A stretch of DNA of 64,000 nucleotides from a virus (IMGVR_UViG_3300037067_006130:1-64000); one strand, 5' to 3'. Numbered from the stretch's first letter, positions 46,674-56,246 are shown. A program made the numbers and translations. The notes: generated by a model not told the origin, from the letters alone.

Positions 46674-46903
46674 GAGATTCCCTTGTATTTTTTAGCAACT
46701 TTAATTTTCTTTTTTTTTCTAACAGCCTTAAATAATTCTTTGACCTTCCGTTTATAGTCAGGTCTAGGGGATAACGTTCCAAGTCCGGGAACCTTCACAT
46801 CTAAACCGATAGCGAAATTCCGAAAAGTAAAGAGTCTGCTTACTAGGAATTCAGCAAACTCTTTCTCTTCAGGGTTCAATTTACGATTTGACGACTTTGA
46901 CAT
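46660..46903 (-). CDS. Basic HU-like small protein (read in the ORF track as N-terminus of 45938-46903)
   Basis: DVKVPGLGTLSPRP resembles the HU/IHF V.I.GFG.F motif. One fewer A in the A9 tract (46710-46718) would end it at TAA 46660-46662. Confidence 0.4.
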
Positions 46904-47900
46904 TGTTGAAGAATTTAACGCCTTTAATCGCTTCTACGCTCTCATGGGTAGCAAGCATCTGTTTCAGTTCCTCACGATGGGTAGCAAGGTAATCGTCAAC
47001 CTTCTTTTCATCCAAACAGAGATAGGTCAATGGTACTTTGGTGATATCGATTAGTTCATAATCAATGGTCTTACGAGTACCCTTCATTACCGACTGAACA
47101 CTTTTACCAATGGTTTTAACTTGCAGTTTATTCTCTTTCTCGAGTTGTTTAATCTCCTTCTTCAGCTCTACCTGAAACTTCTCTTCGAGTTTAATCTTGC
47201 CAAGGTTAAAGTCATACCCAGTTCCTTTCAAGCCAATCTCTATCTCGTTGATTGATTGAATGGCCAGTTCCTTTGCCATGATAACATTCGCTGCGAATTT
47301 ACCAAAGGTATCGGGATTAGGAAACTTTTCCTCGAATACCTTTCGCATATGCTGTGCGGCTTCAACACTATTAAGTTGGGTGAATAGGGTTTCTTTTCCA
47401 CCAACAACAGCGCTACCACCGAATATCCTGCATACGCTAATAACGCATAGCTTCTCTAGCTTATCAAAGTTATCCTTGTTCTGCTTAAACTCGTTGCTGA
47501 CATCTTCAAGCTGCTTATTCGCGGCTTCCTTAACCTTTTCAGCCTCCATTGTTTTGTAGTTAAGGATTTTGTTTCCGGCTATCTCAAGGTTCTTGGTAAG
47601 CGGAGAAACAAATGCATTGAAGTAGGACTGAATTCGATTGGCTGTTTCGGTGAACGGTGCTTTTAGTTCTGCCGAAAACTTGACAATCTCATCCTGTATT
47701 TCCTTCCCCCGATTAAAGGTCATCTGTGCTGAATTAAGGGATATCTCATCCTCAACCTTAAGTTCTAGCAGGTTCTTTTCAACCTCTTCCTTCTTAACGC
47801 GAAAGGGAGTAAAAGATTTACTCACCTCTTCAGCGTCAAAAGTGTACTTCGTTAGTTTTGTACTTGCTTTTTCTGTCATATACGTATAGTTAAAATTCAA
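46881..47900 (-). CDS. Coiled-coil protein (DUF1351/Gp157-like)
   Basis: Long helical N-terminus with KAPF motif; C-terminal DYELIDITKVPLTYL...DEKKV...IKGVKF pattern. Confidence 0.45.
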   Translation of the reverse strand: MNFNYTYMTEKASTKLTKYTFDAEEVSKSFTPFRVKKEEVEKNLLELKVEDEISLNSAQMTFNRGKEIQDEIVKFSAELKAPFTETANRIQSYFNAFVSPLTKNLEIAGNKILNYKTMEAEKVKEAANKQLEDVSNEFKQNKDNFDKLEKLCVISVCRIFGGSAVVGGKETLFTQLNSVEAAQHMRKVFEEKFPNPDTFGKFAANVIMAKELAIQSINEIEIGLKGTGYDFNLGKIKLEEKFQVELKKEIKQLEKENKLQVKTIGKSVQSVMKGTRKTIDYELIDITKVPLTYLCLDEKKVDDYLATHREELKQMLATHESVEAIKGVKFFNNVKVVKS

Positions 47901-49779
47901 ACTCCATTTGTTCTGTTTTATCCTTTAATGCATCCTCTAGCGGATCGAACCCATCCTTATCCTCAAACCGATTACTTCTTCGGTTAAAAGTTAGCAGTAC
48001 TGGGCTCTCTCTCGGCGTAGGTACTCCTGTTGTTTTATGATGCTTTACTTTCTGTACGTGCACCTCAACATCAGTATTCTGAAAGTCATCACTTGACCTA
48101 TGAAAGCAAAGAATCTCATACATCTTCTTCGACCAGGCACCACCACCCTCGATGTCAAACATGGAAGGTGCATTGTAGATCTTCGTGGAAGTCTTTTCTG
48201 GTGTTGGTGGATGAACCCCGATAAGAACCATCGTGTTATTGTTGGTCGCAAATCGGTTGATATTCGATAACCTTTTCTTTAGGTAGTCATCAATGTTATA
48301 GTGTGATTCCCTACGATGGTCAAGTGAATTCCATGGATCGAAAGAGCATACCCGAACGCCATACCGTTTTACCGCATTGGCGAAGATAGAAAGGATTTTC
48401 TTCACGGAATACCCCTCATCGGTTTTATCCTCGATAAGATAGATATTATTCTTGATGAACTCTGCTCCACGTTGGTACTCTATCATATTCATCCGATCAC
48501 TCGCATCTGCCTTTGCTGACTTACCGATGTATATCTCGATTAGGTGTTCGAATACCTGTTCTACCGGATAGTTCTCGGGGGTGTAGCAAATGCTTTTCCA
48601 CTTATAAACCACTGCGAAGTAAACGAAACAGTAAAGTATCCATGATGTCTTGCCCATTGTTGGGTAACCATTCACTGCAATTGAATGGCCAAGATGCCAC
48701 GAAAAATGTGGATCAAGGGATGGGAATCCAGTGGACATGCCATGAGTAAACACTTTATCATAGTTGGCCATGAGCTGATCGTAAACTTGATCGGCTGAGA
48801 TGATTTCCTGTACTGGAAAGTACTCTGCCGTATCAACAGTCTTGAGCAGTTCTTTCGGACCATGAAACATAAGCACATCATTCCCGTCCTTACATGGTTC
48901 ACCATTCTCTTTTTTCCAAATGGAAAATTTGATGTATCTACACTTGTCCTTTCCTAATCTACGAGCCAACTCCTCACGAAGTTTTATACCTGCAGGATCA
49001 TCATCGGTTGCAATGATTATCTCAGGTATTTCATCGAATAAGTCGATATGCGCATCAAGATAGGTCAGATTTAACGGTTTAAATTCTGTCAACTTACCTG
49101 TCGCCTTAAATATCTCAAGTTCCTTTGGTGATATTGTCGCACCATTCGGAACAGAAACGACTGCGGTAAAAGTTGCCTCATGGTAGGACATACAATCAAT
49201 ATACCCTTCAGTAATAACTGCCTGTTTAATCCCTTTACCCTTCAGCGCATCGATATTAAAGAGAATCTTTTCCGCTTTCGGTTCCATCGAGAAATTCTTA
49301 TCCTGATCCCTGTACTGAACGTTGATTAGTTTGTTATCGTTAAGCAAAGGGAAGGCAATACAGCTTCGTTCTACCCATTGACCTCTCTCAGCATCCTTAT
49401 TCGTATGAATCTGTAGAATCTTCTTATTAGCCTGTTTAATGCGAAAGTAGTCTACGGTTGCCTTGGATATCCTTCTAGAGTTAAAGAATTTGTAAATACC
49501 ATCAGTAACAATCTTACCTGGTGGGGAGTAGGTTAATGGTTTAATCTTATCCTCAATATCCTTGTCGGTATGAAGATACCCTCCTTCGCCACAATGGTTA
49601 CAACGCCAAACCATCTCCTGAATGTTTACTGCGAATTTTTGTTCGCCACGATGTTCGGGTTTACGGTGCATGGTGCAGATAGGACACACCATGTACCGTT
49701 CCCCGCTTGTATCAGATTTTGCGTGTAGAGCAACATCAAGCTCTATCATTCCTATTGAGGTAAATATCTTATACTTCAT
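47890..49779 (-). CDS. Bifunctional primase-helicase (T7 gp4/Twinkle-like)
   Basis: N-terminal Zn finger (CPIC...CNHC), TOPRIM (ITEGYID, ATDDDPAG), SF4 helicase (NGYPTMGKT, FDPWN, VHP, GGGAW, VQKVK). Confidence 0.92.
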   Translation of the reverse strand: MKYKIFTSIGMIELDVALHAKSDTSGERYMVCPICTMHRKPEHRGEQKFAVNIQEMVWRCNHCGEGGYLHTDKDIEDKIKPLTYSPPGKIVTDGIYKFFNSRRISKATVDYFRIKQANKKILQIHTNKDAERGQWVERSCIAFPLLNDNKLINVQYRDQDKNFSMEPKAEKILFNIDALKGKGIKQAVITEGYIDCMSYHEATFTAVVSVPNGATISPKELEIFKATGKLTEFKPLNLTYLDAHIDLFDEIPEIIIATDDDPAGIKLREELARRLGKDKCRYIKFSIWKKENGEPCKDGNDVLMFHGPKELLKTVDTAEYFPVQEIISADQVYDQLMANYDKVFTHGMSTGFPSLDPHFSWHLGHSIAVNGYPTMGKTSWILYCFVYFAVVYKWKSICYTPENYPVEQVFEHLIEIYIGKSAKADASDRMNMIEYQRGAEFIKNNIYLIEDKTDEGYSVKKILSIFANAVKRYGVRVCSFDPWNSLDHRRESHYNIDDYLKKRLSNINRFATNNNTMVLIGVHPPTPEKTSTKIYNAPSMFDIEGGGAWSKKMYEILCFHRSSDDFQNTDVEVHVQKVKHHKTTGVPTPRESPVLLTFNRRSNRFEDKDGFDPLEDALKDKTEQMEFEF

Positions 49780-50018
49780 TAAAGTATTGGTTTTAAGATA
49801 TTAATAAGATCGTAGAAAGTACCCTCGAAAATAACATCCTTATCCTCTAGTATTCTGATGTGTGTTTGTTTTCGTCTATGATAGGCATTACCATCTCCCT
49901 CGAAGTCATCGAAAGTAATCCTATTTATACTGTATTCTGGTCTTACCTCTACGAATCCGACTTCCTTGAAGTTAGATAGAGTTTTTCCTTGAATTCCTTG
50001 TGTTCTTATGTTAAGCAT
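49779..50018 (-). CDS. Hypothetical protein
   Basis: 79 aa; stop overlaps the primase-helicase start. Confidence 0.5.
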   Translation of the reverse strand: MLNIRTQGIQGKTLSNFKEVGFVEVRPEYSINRITFDDFEGDGNAYHRRKQTHIRILEDKDVIFEGTFYDLINILKPIL

Positions 50019-50020
50019 AG

Positions 50021-50680
50021 TTAGAATTTATTACGTACATCTTCTTTGGTTATCTTAGGTTGTATTTTTACCTCTTGAATAACATCCTTGTTTATCTGCT
50101 TGCCCCAATCCTCAGAGTAACGTTTCGTTTCTATGTTGAGGAATACAGAGCAACCCATTACCTTTCGAAAATCGCTACTCGCAATCATCTTAAAGTATAG
50201 CTCTCTTTGGGCCATAAGATACTCAAACGATTCAATCTTTCTCGTCTTGACAAATTTATTATAGGCATCCTGCTTGGAACCTGCCCACGAGATGTTCTTT
50301 TTCCCATTGGCGGTGCTATACACCTTAGATGCCCAAAACTCTTCAAACTCGATCTTAACGGTGGAGAATCCATCAAACCATTTGCTCGTCGGTTTGAATT
50401 TCGATACAGAATTACAAGCCTGTATGAAATCATCATGCCATAGTGATGCGAATAGTTCTTTCGCCTCGTCATGGTCTACCCCTGTTTTCTCGTAGATAGA
50501 AGGGTAGTTTATGGGTATGGAATCACGAGTACACTTTTCAACGTACTCCATGATTGCATACTCTATCATCGTTAAGCCTAGTTTAATACGAATTTGATGG
50601 TTAATAATGCTCGTGCCGGTGATTGGTCGGACTGACGAAAGTTCGGGTATCTTCGCCTTGATATCTATCTTCTTGGTCAT
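50021..50680 (-). CDS. Replication initiator / replisome organiser-like protein
   Basis: N-terminal wHTH-like segment, FEEFW...KQDAYNKF helical domain; upstream of the primase-helicase. Confidence 0.55.
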   Translation of the reverse strand: MTKKIDIKAKIPELSSVRPITGTSIINHQIRIKLGLTMIEYAIMEYVEKCTRDSIPINYPSIYEKTGVDHDEAKELFASLWHDDFIQACNSVSKFKPTSKWFDGFSTVKIEFEEFWASKVYSTANGKKNISWAGSKQDAYNKFVKTRKIESFEYLMAQRELYFKMIASSDFRKVMGCSVFLNIETKRYSEDWGKQINKDVIQEVKIQPKITKEDVRNKF

Positions 50681-50719
50681 AGTCGTTGTGGTTGGTTCAA
50701 AAGACTAAATAATTTCACG

Positions 50720-50998
50720 TCAATCCTTCATCAGGATATTCTGAACCAGCCATCGTAGGCCAGGTTTAATCCACTTCTCTTTGCGAATCTGAAATACCTT
50801 ATTCGCCTTGGGAAAGAACTTAATCATGCCGTACTTGCTATGCTCAATAAAATAGCACCACTGCTTCTCATTGTACTCGATGGAAATACACTTCTCCTTT
50901 AGGGTAGGAAGCCATTCCGCAAACTTTTTATCACGCTCTTCGCGCAGGGAACGTCGAGTATGATGTAACCCATAATCATTATGCTCTTCGCTGCTCAT
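50720..50998 (-). CDS. Hypothetical protein
   Basis: 92-aa ORF (FFPKANKVFQIRKEKWIKPGLRWL). Confidence 0.55.
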   Translation of the reverse strand: MSSEEHNDYGLHHTRRSLREERDKKFAEWLPTLKEKCISIEYNEKQWCYFIEHSKYGMIKFFPKANKVFQIRKEKWIKPGLRWLVQNILMKD

Positions 50999-51327
50999 AG
51001 TATTTTATAATCTTTAGGATCAAGGTAAACGATTAGAGGTTTTTTTCTAAATTTAGTCGGTGGTAATTCTTTACCGACAATTTTCTCGCCAATAATCGGC
51101 CAGTCAAACATTCCTACTGCCTCTTTAATAGTATATTTCTGCAAGATGTATCTTGCCTACCCGGAACGATAGATAATCATCTTGTACTTTTCCTGAGAAT
51201 CGTACTTCATAACCATTAGTCCATTCCATAAGGTTATCGTTTCGCATGGCGTATTTTTGTTGCAAAGCTCATCAACTCGATTCTGCTTATACAACCACTT
51301 TTTCAGCGCATCCCATGTTATCTTCAT
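50995..51327 (-). pseudogene. 110-codon ORF interrupted by one in-frame TAG
   Basis: ATG 51327, TAG at 51157-51159 (codon 57). The frame stays open to TGA 50995-50997, which overlaps the next ATG (ATGA). Confidence 0.5.
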
Positions 51328-51336
51328 AAAGTTAGC

Positions 51337-51786
51337 TTATAAGTTAATTTCTTTAGGTTTTCCTACTCCAAGTGATTCGTTCTCAGGAATAGGTTGTGCG
51401 TTTGGAAATTTTCTTCTATCCACAATCATTCCTGAAGGAAGTATGCCAGCGTAACCCTCTTTTGATATCTCTGCTAGTTCTAAAATAGTATCGATATAGA
51501 TTTTTTGTATTCGATCTATCTCAGCAGCAATCATAGCACCTGCAACTATTAACTTCTGCAGATCTGATTTACCTTCTATTTTAGCACAAACATTTTCATC
51601 CCAGTGTTCCGGCCAGGGTAATCCGCTAACAGTACCAATACATTTTGTAATTCCTATGCGTAATGGGAGTATCTTAAATGGTCCTGATGGAGTTGAATTC
51701 TCAGCAACATCTCGTATAACCGAATGACCATGTTTCTCAATCTGTTCTGCCCTTTCAATGGCAATCAGTTCAATTCCTGTTTTCAT
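51337..51786 (-). CDS. Conserved phage hypothetical protein
   Basis: ERAEQIEKHG...WPEHWD...LIVAGAMIAAEIDR, a widespread phage pattern. Confidence 0.6.
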   Translation of the reverse strand: MKTGIELIAIERAEQIEKHGHSVIRDVAENSTPSGPFKILPLRIGITKCIGTVSGLPWPEHWDENVCAKIEGKSDLQKLIVAGAMIAAEIDRIQKIYIDTILELAEISKEGYAGILPSGMIVDRRKFPNAQPIPENESLGVGKPKEINL

Positions 51787-51789
51787 CGT

Positions 51790-54330
51790 TTAGATTTTAA
51801 AGTTAGGATCATACTTATGATCGGATATCATCTTTTGTTTAATCTTGGAATACTGTCCGTTAAGAACCGTTCCTGATACATCATAACCCCATTCTGATAA
51901 CTTCTTTAGCTGCCAGTACTGGGCAGGTTCATTAGAGATTAGTTCGTTACACATACCCTTAGTGTATTCCACATCGGGTTCCCATAGACCAAGCTTCTTT
52001 AGATAGTCTAGCTGAGCAGGTGTAGCTAAGTCCTGAGTCCACTCACCACCGTAAATCTTTAGTTCTGGTAGTTTAAGTAGGTTGATACGACCATCCTGTT
52101 TAACCTTAGTGTCAATCTTCGCTTCTCTACGCTGCTTCTCGGCAAAGAGAAGTTTCTCTTTATTCTCTTTGGTAACAAAGGTTTTTTCTTTTGCGGTCTT
52201 GCCCTTATCGAGAGTCCATGTATTGATTAGGTTGTGCTTGCCGGAATTGTCTACAAAGTCAAGAATCTTACAGTCATTCAAACCGTACTTCGTTCTAAAC
52301 TCAGGACTTTTTAAACGGCATCCTCTACCAATCGACTGCATGTAGAAAGTTAGCGATTGGGTAGGTCTAGCCATTAGCACAGCACCTACATCTGCGTAAT
52401 CCCATCCTTCAATGAGAATCTGTACGTTCAAAAGCACCTTCGTTTCTTTGCCCCTAAATCGGCTATTTACGCCTTTACGGTCAGGACAAACGTTTTCATC
52501 CGCAACGAGTATTTCGCATGAAATTCCGCTTTGTATGAATGCTTCTCGAAGGTGTATCGCATGAAGGACATCAACACAAAAACCGATAGCCTGTCTATCA
52601 CTACAATATTTCTGATAGGATTCAACGATAAGCTTATTTCTTTCCTTAGTATCAACTAGGTTAGATAACTCATTAATCTTGAAGTCGCCAGCCTGTCGAT
52701 GTACCTTAGAAAGATCTGTTTCTGTCTTAATACGAATACCATCAAGCTCACAAAGAAATCCATCCTCTATCGCTTTGGCGATATTATACTCAAAGGTGAT
52801 ATCGTCAAATAAATCCGCAAGAGATAGTCCATCCAACCGATATGGAGTAGCAGTCCAACCAACGGTTAGCTGTGGTTTAAAATGCTGTACCGCTTTCACC
52901 CATGTACGAGCAAGGTATCGATGACAATTATGTACTAATATATTTTCTACGAAATAGTTGTTATTATCTTCTACTTCCAGATTGTAGACAAAATTGTCTG
53001 AACCACTAAGTTTGGATTTAGATCTACTTCTTCGTTTGTAAATCTTAGAACAGTCCAACCCAACGAATTCAAAACGTTCGTTTTCCGTTTGTCTAAGAAC
53101 TTCCAACGTTTTAACTTGTGAGTTTTTCCATCTATTTCTATCGCAAGTTTCGAGGGAGGATCGGCTAGATCTACTTTGTAATGATATGGCAAACAAGTTT
53201 CTGAAGACGTTTGATTTTTCGTTAGGATCACATATTCCATTGGAAGTTCTGTCAGGTTGTGAATCATTAATTGTTGCTTCGTTAGTTGACCATTTCCTCC
53301 GCGAGAAAGGAATGTTTTTCCTTGCATACTTCGAATCATCTTTGTCTTGGCTTCCGGATTGAACATCGGATTGTTTTTCTTCATTCTTTCCGAACAATCC
53401 CTTTTGTTTACTAGTATCATTGATTTTCTTGCAATTCCCTTGAAGTACTCCTTTTTGCATTTGATAGAACAGCAACCAGAACCTCTTATAACTGAAGCCA
53501 TGAATGTTTTCCGTTTTCTTCCTTCTTTGGCCCAAGACTCCCAACCAAATATTTTTCCACAGTTGTTGCAAACCAAAGTTGGATTTAATCTTAATTTTGT
53601 TTTTCTTGCTTTTTCGCAAATAGAAGAACAAGTTTCTCTGTGTGTCTGAGAATGAAACTTTATTCCACAATTTTTGCATATACCTGAACGTAATCGAGTC
53701 ATATAGATAGCACATTGATGTATGGCAAGTATATGACAAGTATATTTCTTTTGCAAGGCAATAACCTATTTTGTTTATATAAATAGGATGGTTCTTTGTG
53801 CAAGAAAATACTCCAAAATCGTATAGATACTTTGGTTTTTCTTTAACAATCACATTTATTACTTTTTTTAGTTCAATGCGATTTTCTTGATGATTAAAAG
53901 AATGAACATAATCACCAATTTCTATGATTTCTATTGGTTGTTTATCAACCAAGGTTCCTGCGGGAAAACATTCGTCAATCTGTACCAAGGCGAAATGGTT
54001 TGGGCTAATCCTATCCAGTCGGTTAATCAACGTTTGAGGAGAGGCAACCACGACTTTCTTATCAATCTCAAATCGTGATCCCTTGATTACCCCAACGTTC
54101 ATAAACCCATGGAACTTCTCCATGTCTTTCACTGCCTGCTCAATCAACTCTTCGCTATGAGCTAAGAACAGGCTATTCTTAAACTTGGTAGATACGTTGA
54201 CCGCCGCAATTCGCTTGCCCGTTCCGGTAGCTTGTATAACTAACTGTCGTTTAAGCCCTTTCTCCTTAAAAGCGGTGTGTATCGCCTTAAAGCAGGCAAC
54301 CTGATATGGTCGCCAATTTACGTCAATCAT
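51790..54330 (-). CDS. SF2 (Res/DEAD-like) helicase precursor containing an intein
   Basis: RPYQ, ATGTGK, motif II DE|CH split by the intein, TATP, NVQILIEGWD, MARPT, YMQSIGRG.R; mature protein 498 aa. Confidence 0.92.
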   Translation of the reverse strand: MIDVNWRPYQVACFKAIHTAFKEKGLKRQLVIQATGTGKRIAAVNVSTKFKNSLFLAHSEELIEQAVKDMEKFHGFMNVGVIKGSRFEIDKKVVVASPQTLINRLDRISPNHFALVQIDECFPAGTLVDKQPIEIIEIGDYVHSFNHQENRIELKKVINVIVKEKPKYLYDFGVFSCTKNHPIYINKIGYCLAKEIYLSYTCHTSMCYLYDSITFRYMQKLWNKVSFSDTQRNLFFYLRKSKKNKIKIKSNFGLQQLWKNIWLGVLGQRRKKTENIHGFSYKRFWLLFYQMQKGVLQGNCKKINDTSKQKGLFGKNEEKQSDVQSGSQDKDDSKYARKNIPFSRRKWSTNEATINDSQPDRTSNGICDPNEKSNVFRNLFAISLQSRSSRSSLETCDRNRWKNSQVKTLEVLRQTENERFEFVGLDCSKIYKRRSRSKSKLSGSDNFVYNLEVEDNNNYFVENILVHNCHRYLARTWVKAVQHFKPQLTVGWTATPYRLDGLSLADLFDDITFEYNIAKAIEDGFLCELDGIRIKTETDLSKVHRQAGDFKINELSNLVDTKERNKLIVESYQKYCSDRQAIGFCVDVLHAIHLREAFIQSGISCEILVADENVCPDRKGVNSRFRGKETKVLLNVQILIEGWDYADVGAVLMARPTQSLTFYMQSIGRGCRLKSPEFRTKYGLNDCKILDFVDNSGKHNLINTWTLDKGKTAKEKTFVTKENKEKLLFAEKQRREAKIDTKVKQDGRINLLKLPELKIYGGEWTQDLATPAQLDYLKKLGLWEPDVEYTKGMCNELISNEPAQYWQLKKLSEWGYDVSGTVLNGQYSKIKQKMISDHKYDPNFKI
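52927..53970 (-). mobile_element. Intein (348 aa) inserted in helicase motif II
   Basis: Starts CFPAGT (Cys1 at 53968-53970), block B CTKNHPI, ends VYNLEVEDNNNYFVENILVHN, followed by Cys+1. Removal restores DECH. Confidence 0.93.
52971..53702 (-). CDS. DUF559/Vsr-like endonuclease encoded in an alternative frame inside the intein
   Basis: Frame differs by 1 from the helicase/intein. Two CxxC...C zinc-ribbon motifs, NUMOD-like RMKKNNPM, YKVDLA...LAIEIDGKTH...DKRKTNVLNSLGWTVLRF. ATG 53702 (TTG 53756 possible). Confidence 0.85.
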   Translation of the reverse strand: MTRLRSGICKNCGIKFHSQTHRETCSSICEKARKTKLRLNPTLVCNNCGKIFGWESWAKEGRKRKTFMASVIRGSGCCSIKCKKEYFKGIARKSMILVNKRDCSERMKKNNPMFNPEAKTKMIRSMQGKTFLSRGGNGQLTKQQLMIHNLTELPMEYVILTKNQTSSETCLPYHYKVDLADPPSKLAIEIDGKTHKLKRWKFLDKRKTNVLNSLGWTVLRFTNEEVDLNPNLVVQTILSTIWK

Positions 54331-54721
54331 GTTTACTTGCTAGTTTAAAGGATGGTATGAAGTACTCGTGTTTGCTCTCTGGCCATCCTTGGATTGTTTT
54401 ATGCCTGTCTTGGAGAAGGGGAATTAACTCCTTCCATTTCACATGGGAAATAAAGCACCGCCAAATATTCTCATCCTTTACCCATCTTGGATGGTTCGGA
54501 TGAATATCTGTACGAACGTTAAACTTGTATTTTAGCTTCTCTTTCCCATTATGATCTCCAATACGAACAGAGCACATTCGGCTATCCTTAAATCGGATAT
54601 ATACGCTTCCGGTGTTAGCGACATGCCATATATACGATTCGATACCGACCTCATCAAGAGCAGCGACTATCTTATTCGCAATACTCTCATGAGTTTCTTT
54701 GATCTGTTTATGCTTTTTCAT
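54323..54721 (-). CDS. Hypothetical protein
   Basis: GSVYIRF...VRIGDH motif; overlaps the helicase start. Confidence 0.55.
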   Translation of the reverse strand: MKKHKQIKETHESIANKIVAALDEVGIESYIWHVANTGSVYIRFKDSRMCSVRIGDHNGKEKLKYKFNVRTDIHPNHPRWVKDENIWRCFISHVKWKELIPLLQDRHKTIQGWPESKHEYFIPSFKLASKHD

Positions 54722-55025
54722 CGGTAATTGGTTCAGGTTTCCAACATCCAGCTTGCTTTAGTTCCTCGATATGCACTCCTATTCGACCTTCAATGACATA
54801 GAGGTAGTTCTTAAAATCTTTACGCATAAACCCTTTCGCCGTTCTACGACCAAGGTTGTTAAAGATAGTGGCTCGTTTCTGAATGGAGAGTAAGTCGTCA
54901 ATAAACTTTATCTCCATCATTATCTCTGCAGGATCTTCGGTATCTTCACTAAGAACTTGTACCATGATAGCAACTTCCTCCTTAGTCATTACCTCAATAC
55001 TTCCAAACTTATTCTTGTCTTTCAT
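54708..55025 (-). CDS. Hypothetical protein
   Basis: 105 aa, ATGA-coupled. Confidence 0.5.
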   Translation of the reverse strand: MKDKNKFGSIEVMTKEEVAIMVQVLSEDTEDPAEIMMEIKFIDDLLSIQKRATIFNNLGRRTAKGFMRKDFKNYLYVIEGRIGVHIEELKQAGCWKPEPITDEKA

Positions 55026-55606
55026 TTTAAGTTTAAGAATTCATCAATCATTCTAACTTCATCAACGTAGACAGTAAGGTGCCCTTTACCATCTTTACGG
55101 TTGCGAAATGCGTAGGCGTTAGGTGTCCAAGTCTTATGGAATAGACACTTCTTCATTGCTCCCGATCCGAATGGTACGATTTTTTGCACGTAGATTTTGT
55201 ACTTATCGTACACCCATTTCTGGTTAAGCGGGAATCGCATATCATTCTTATTCCCTCCGAAAGCGCCTTTTACATCAACCACTGATATTGGTTTCTCGTG
55301 GAACATCTGGCACTCAAACAGCCCTTCGGCTGCATTATCCCCAATAAACTTGACCAGCTTAATATCAAAGGCTTTCTGCCCCCAATGAATCTTGAAGTCA
55401 GCCTTGTACTCGTGGTCGTTAAGGAGTAGGTTCTTAATCTCTTTCTTCCCTTTCTTCTCAGGGAACGCTATTTCTGGTGAGAGTTTAAAAGGAATTGGTT
55501 GATGGGTATATCCCTCTACCAATTCCTCTTTCATTGCTTCATCCAGCCATGCCGCGAAGTACTTTTCCTCGTCGGATACTTCTAGGGTTACTATTTTGGA
55601 TTGCAT
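55022..55606 (-). CDS. PD-(D/E)xK nuclease, DUF1064/resolvase-like
   Basis: SDEEKYF...HEYKADFKI...VVDVKG motif arrangement. Confidence 0.65.
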   Translation of the reverse strand: MQSKIVTLEVSDEEKYFAAWLDEAMKEELVEGYTHQPIPFKLSPEIAFPEKKGKKEIKNLLLNDHEYKADFKIHWGQKAFDIKLVKFIGDNAAEGLFECQMFHEKPISVVDVKGAFGGNKNDMRFPLNQKWVYDKYKIYVQKIVPFGSGAMKKCLFHKTWTPNAYAFRNRKDGKGHLTVYVDEVRMIDEFLNLK

Positions 55607-55743
55607 GTCTCACCACATTGGGTACAGGTTAGCATTCCATCTAGGGTTGTCGTCGGTGCATCACAGCAGTCACTATTCGTAATTTGGATGTCGACATCTT
55701 CAGGTGGAAAATCTTTTAGATCTTCTTCATCTTCTCTTGCCAT
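55591..55743 (-). CDS. 50-aa acidic zinc-ribbon protein (not in ORF track)
   Basis: MAREDEEDLKDFPPEDVDIQITNSDCCDAPTTTLDGMLTCTQCGETCNPK*; overlaps the next start. Confidence 0.55.
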   Translation of the reverse strand: MAREDEEDLKDFPPEDVDIQITNSDCCDAPTTTLDGMLTCTQCGETCNPK

Positions 55744-55778
55744 TGTCGTTAATTTAATATTATTCAAGGGTTAAATAA

Positions 55779-56246
55779 TTAAACGTGTTTTCGGACAGCC
55801 ATCCAGTAGCGAACAACATCAAGTCGATACTTTAACGGTTGTTTCTCGTACCCTTCACCTCCATTCCAAAGGTATGCACCCTTTTCAAGGTCATACTTCG
55901 GATTATGCTTATCCATGAAGGTAAAGAACATCTCAATCGATTTTAGACTATCCCTTCGGTCTGCAAGGAAGTATTTCTGATATCCAACAATCTCATTACA
56001 GGCTCTCACCATGATTGGTCTTATCTGAAGTATGCCTACCGCATTCTCTTTATAGTACGCCTGTAGTGCAGCTTTCTTGCTCTTTGGTCGTTCTGCAAGA
56101 TAGGTTATCCTAAGTAGGGTTTCCTTACGCTGCGGAACTATTGATATTGGTTTTGATTCCCATACGATAAACGGTTCTAAACCATTCGGGGCATAGCATA
56201 ATAACGCTATTGGGATTAATAGTAGTAGTAAGCATAGTCTTTTCAT
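55779..56246 (-). CDS. Signal-peptide-bearing lysozyme-like (SLT-like) protein
   Basis: MKRLCLLLLLIPIALLCYA signal; AVGILQIRPIMV...DRRDSLKSIEMF...WNGG lysozyme-fold motifs. Confidence 0.65.
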   Translation of the reverse strand: MKRLCLLLLLIPIALLCYAPNGLEPFIVWESKPISIVPQRKETLLRITYLAERPKSKKAALQAYYKENAVGILQIRPIMVRACNEIVGYQKYFLADRRDSLKSIEMFFTFMDKHNPKYDLEKGAYLWNGGEGYEKQPLKYRLDVVRYWMAVRKHV

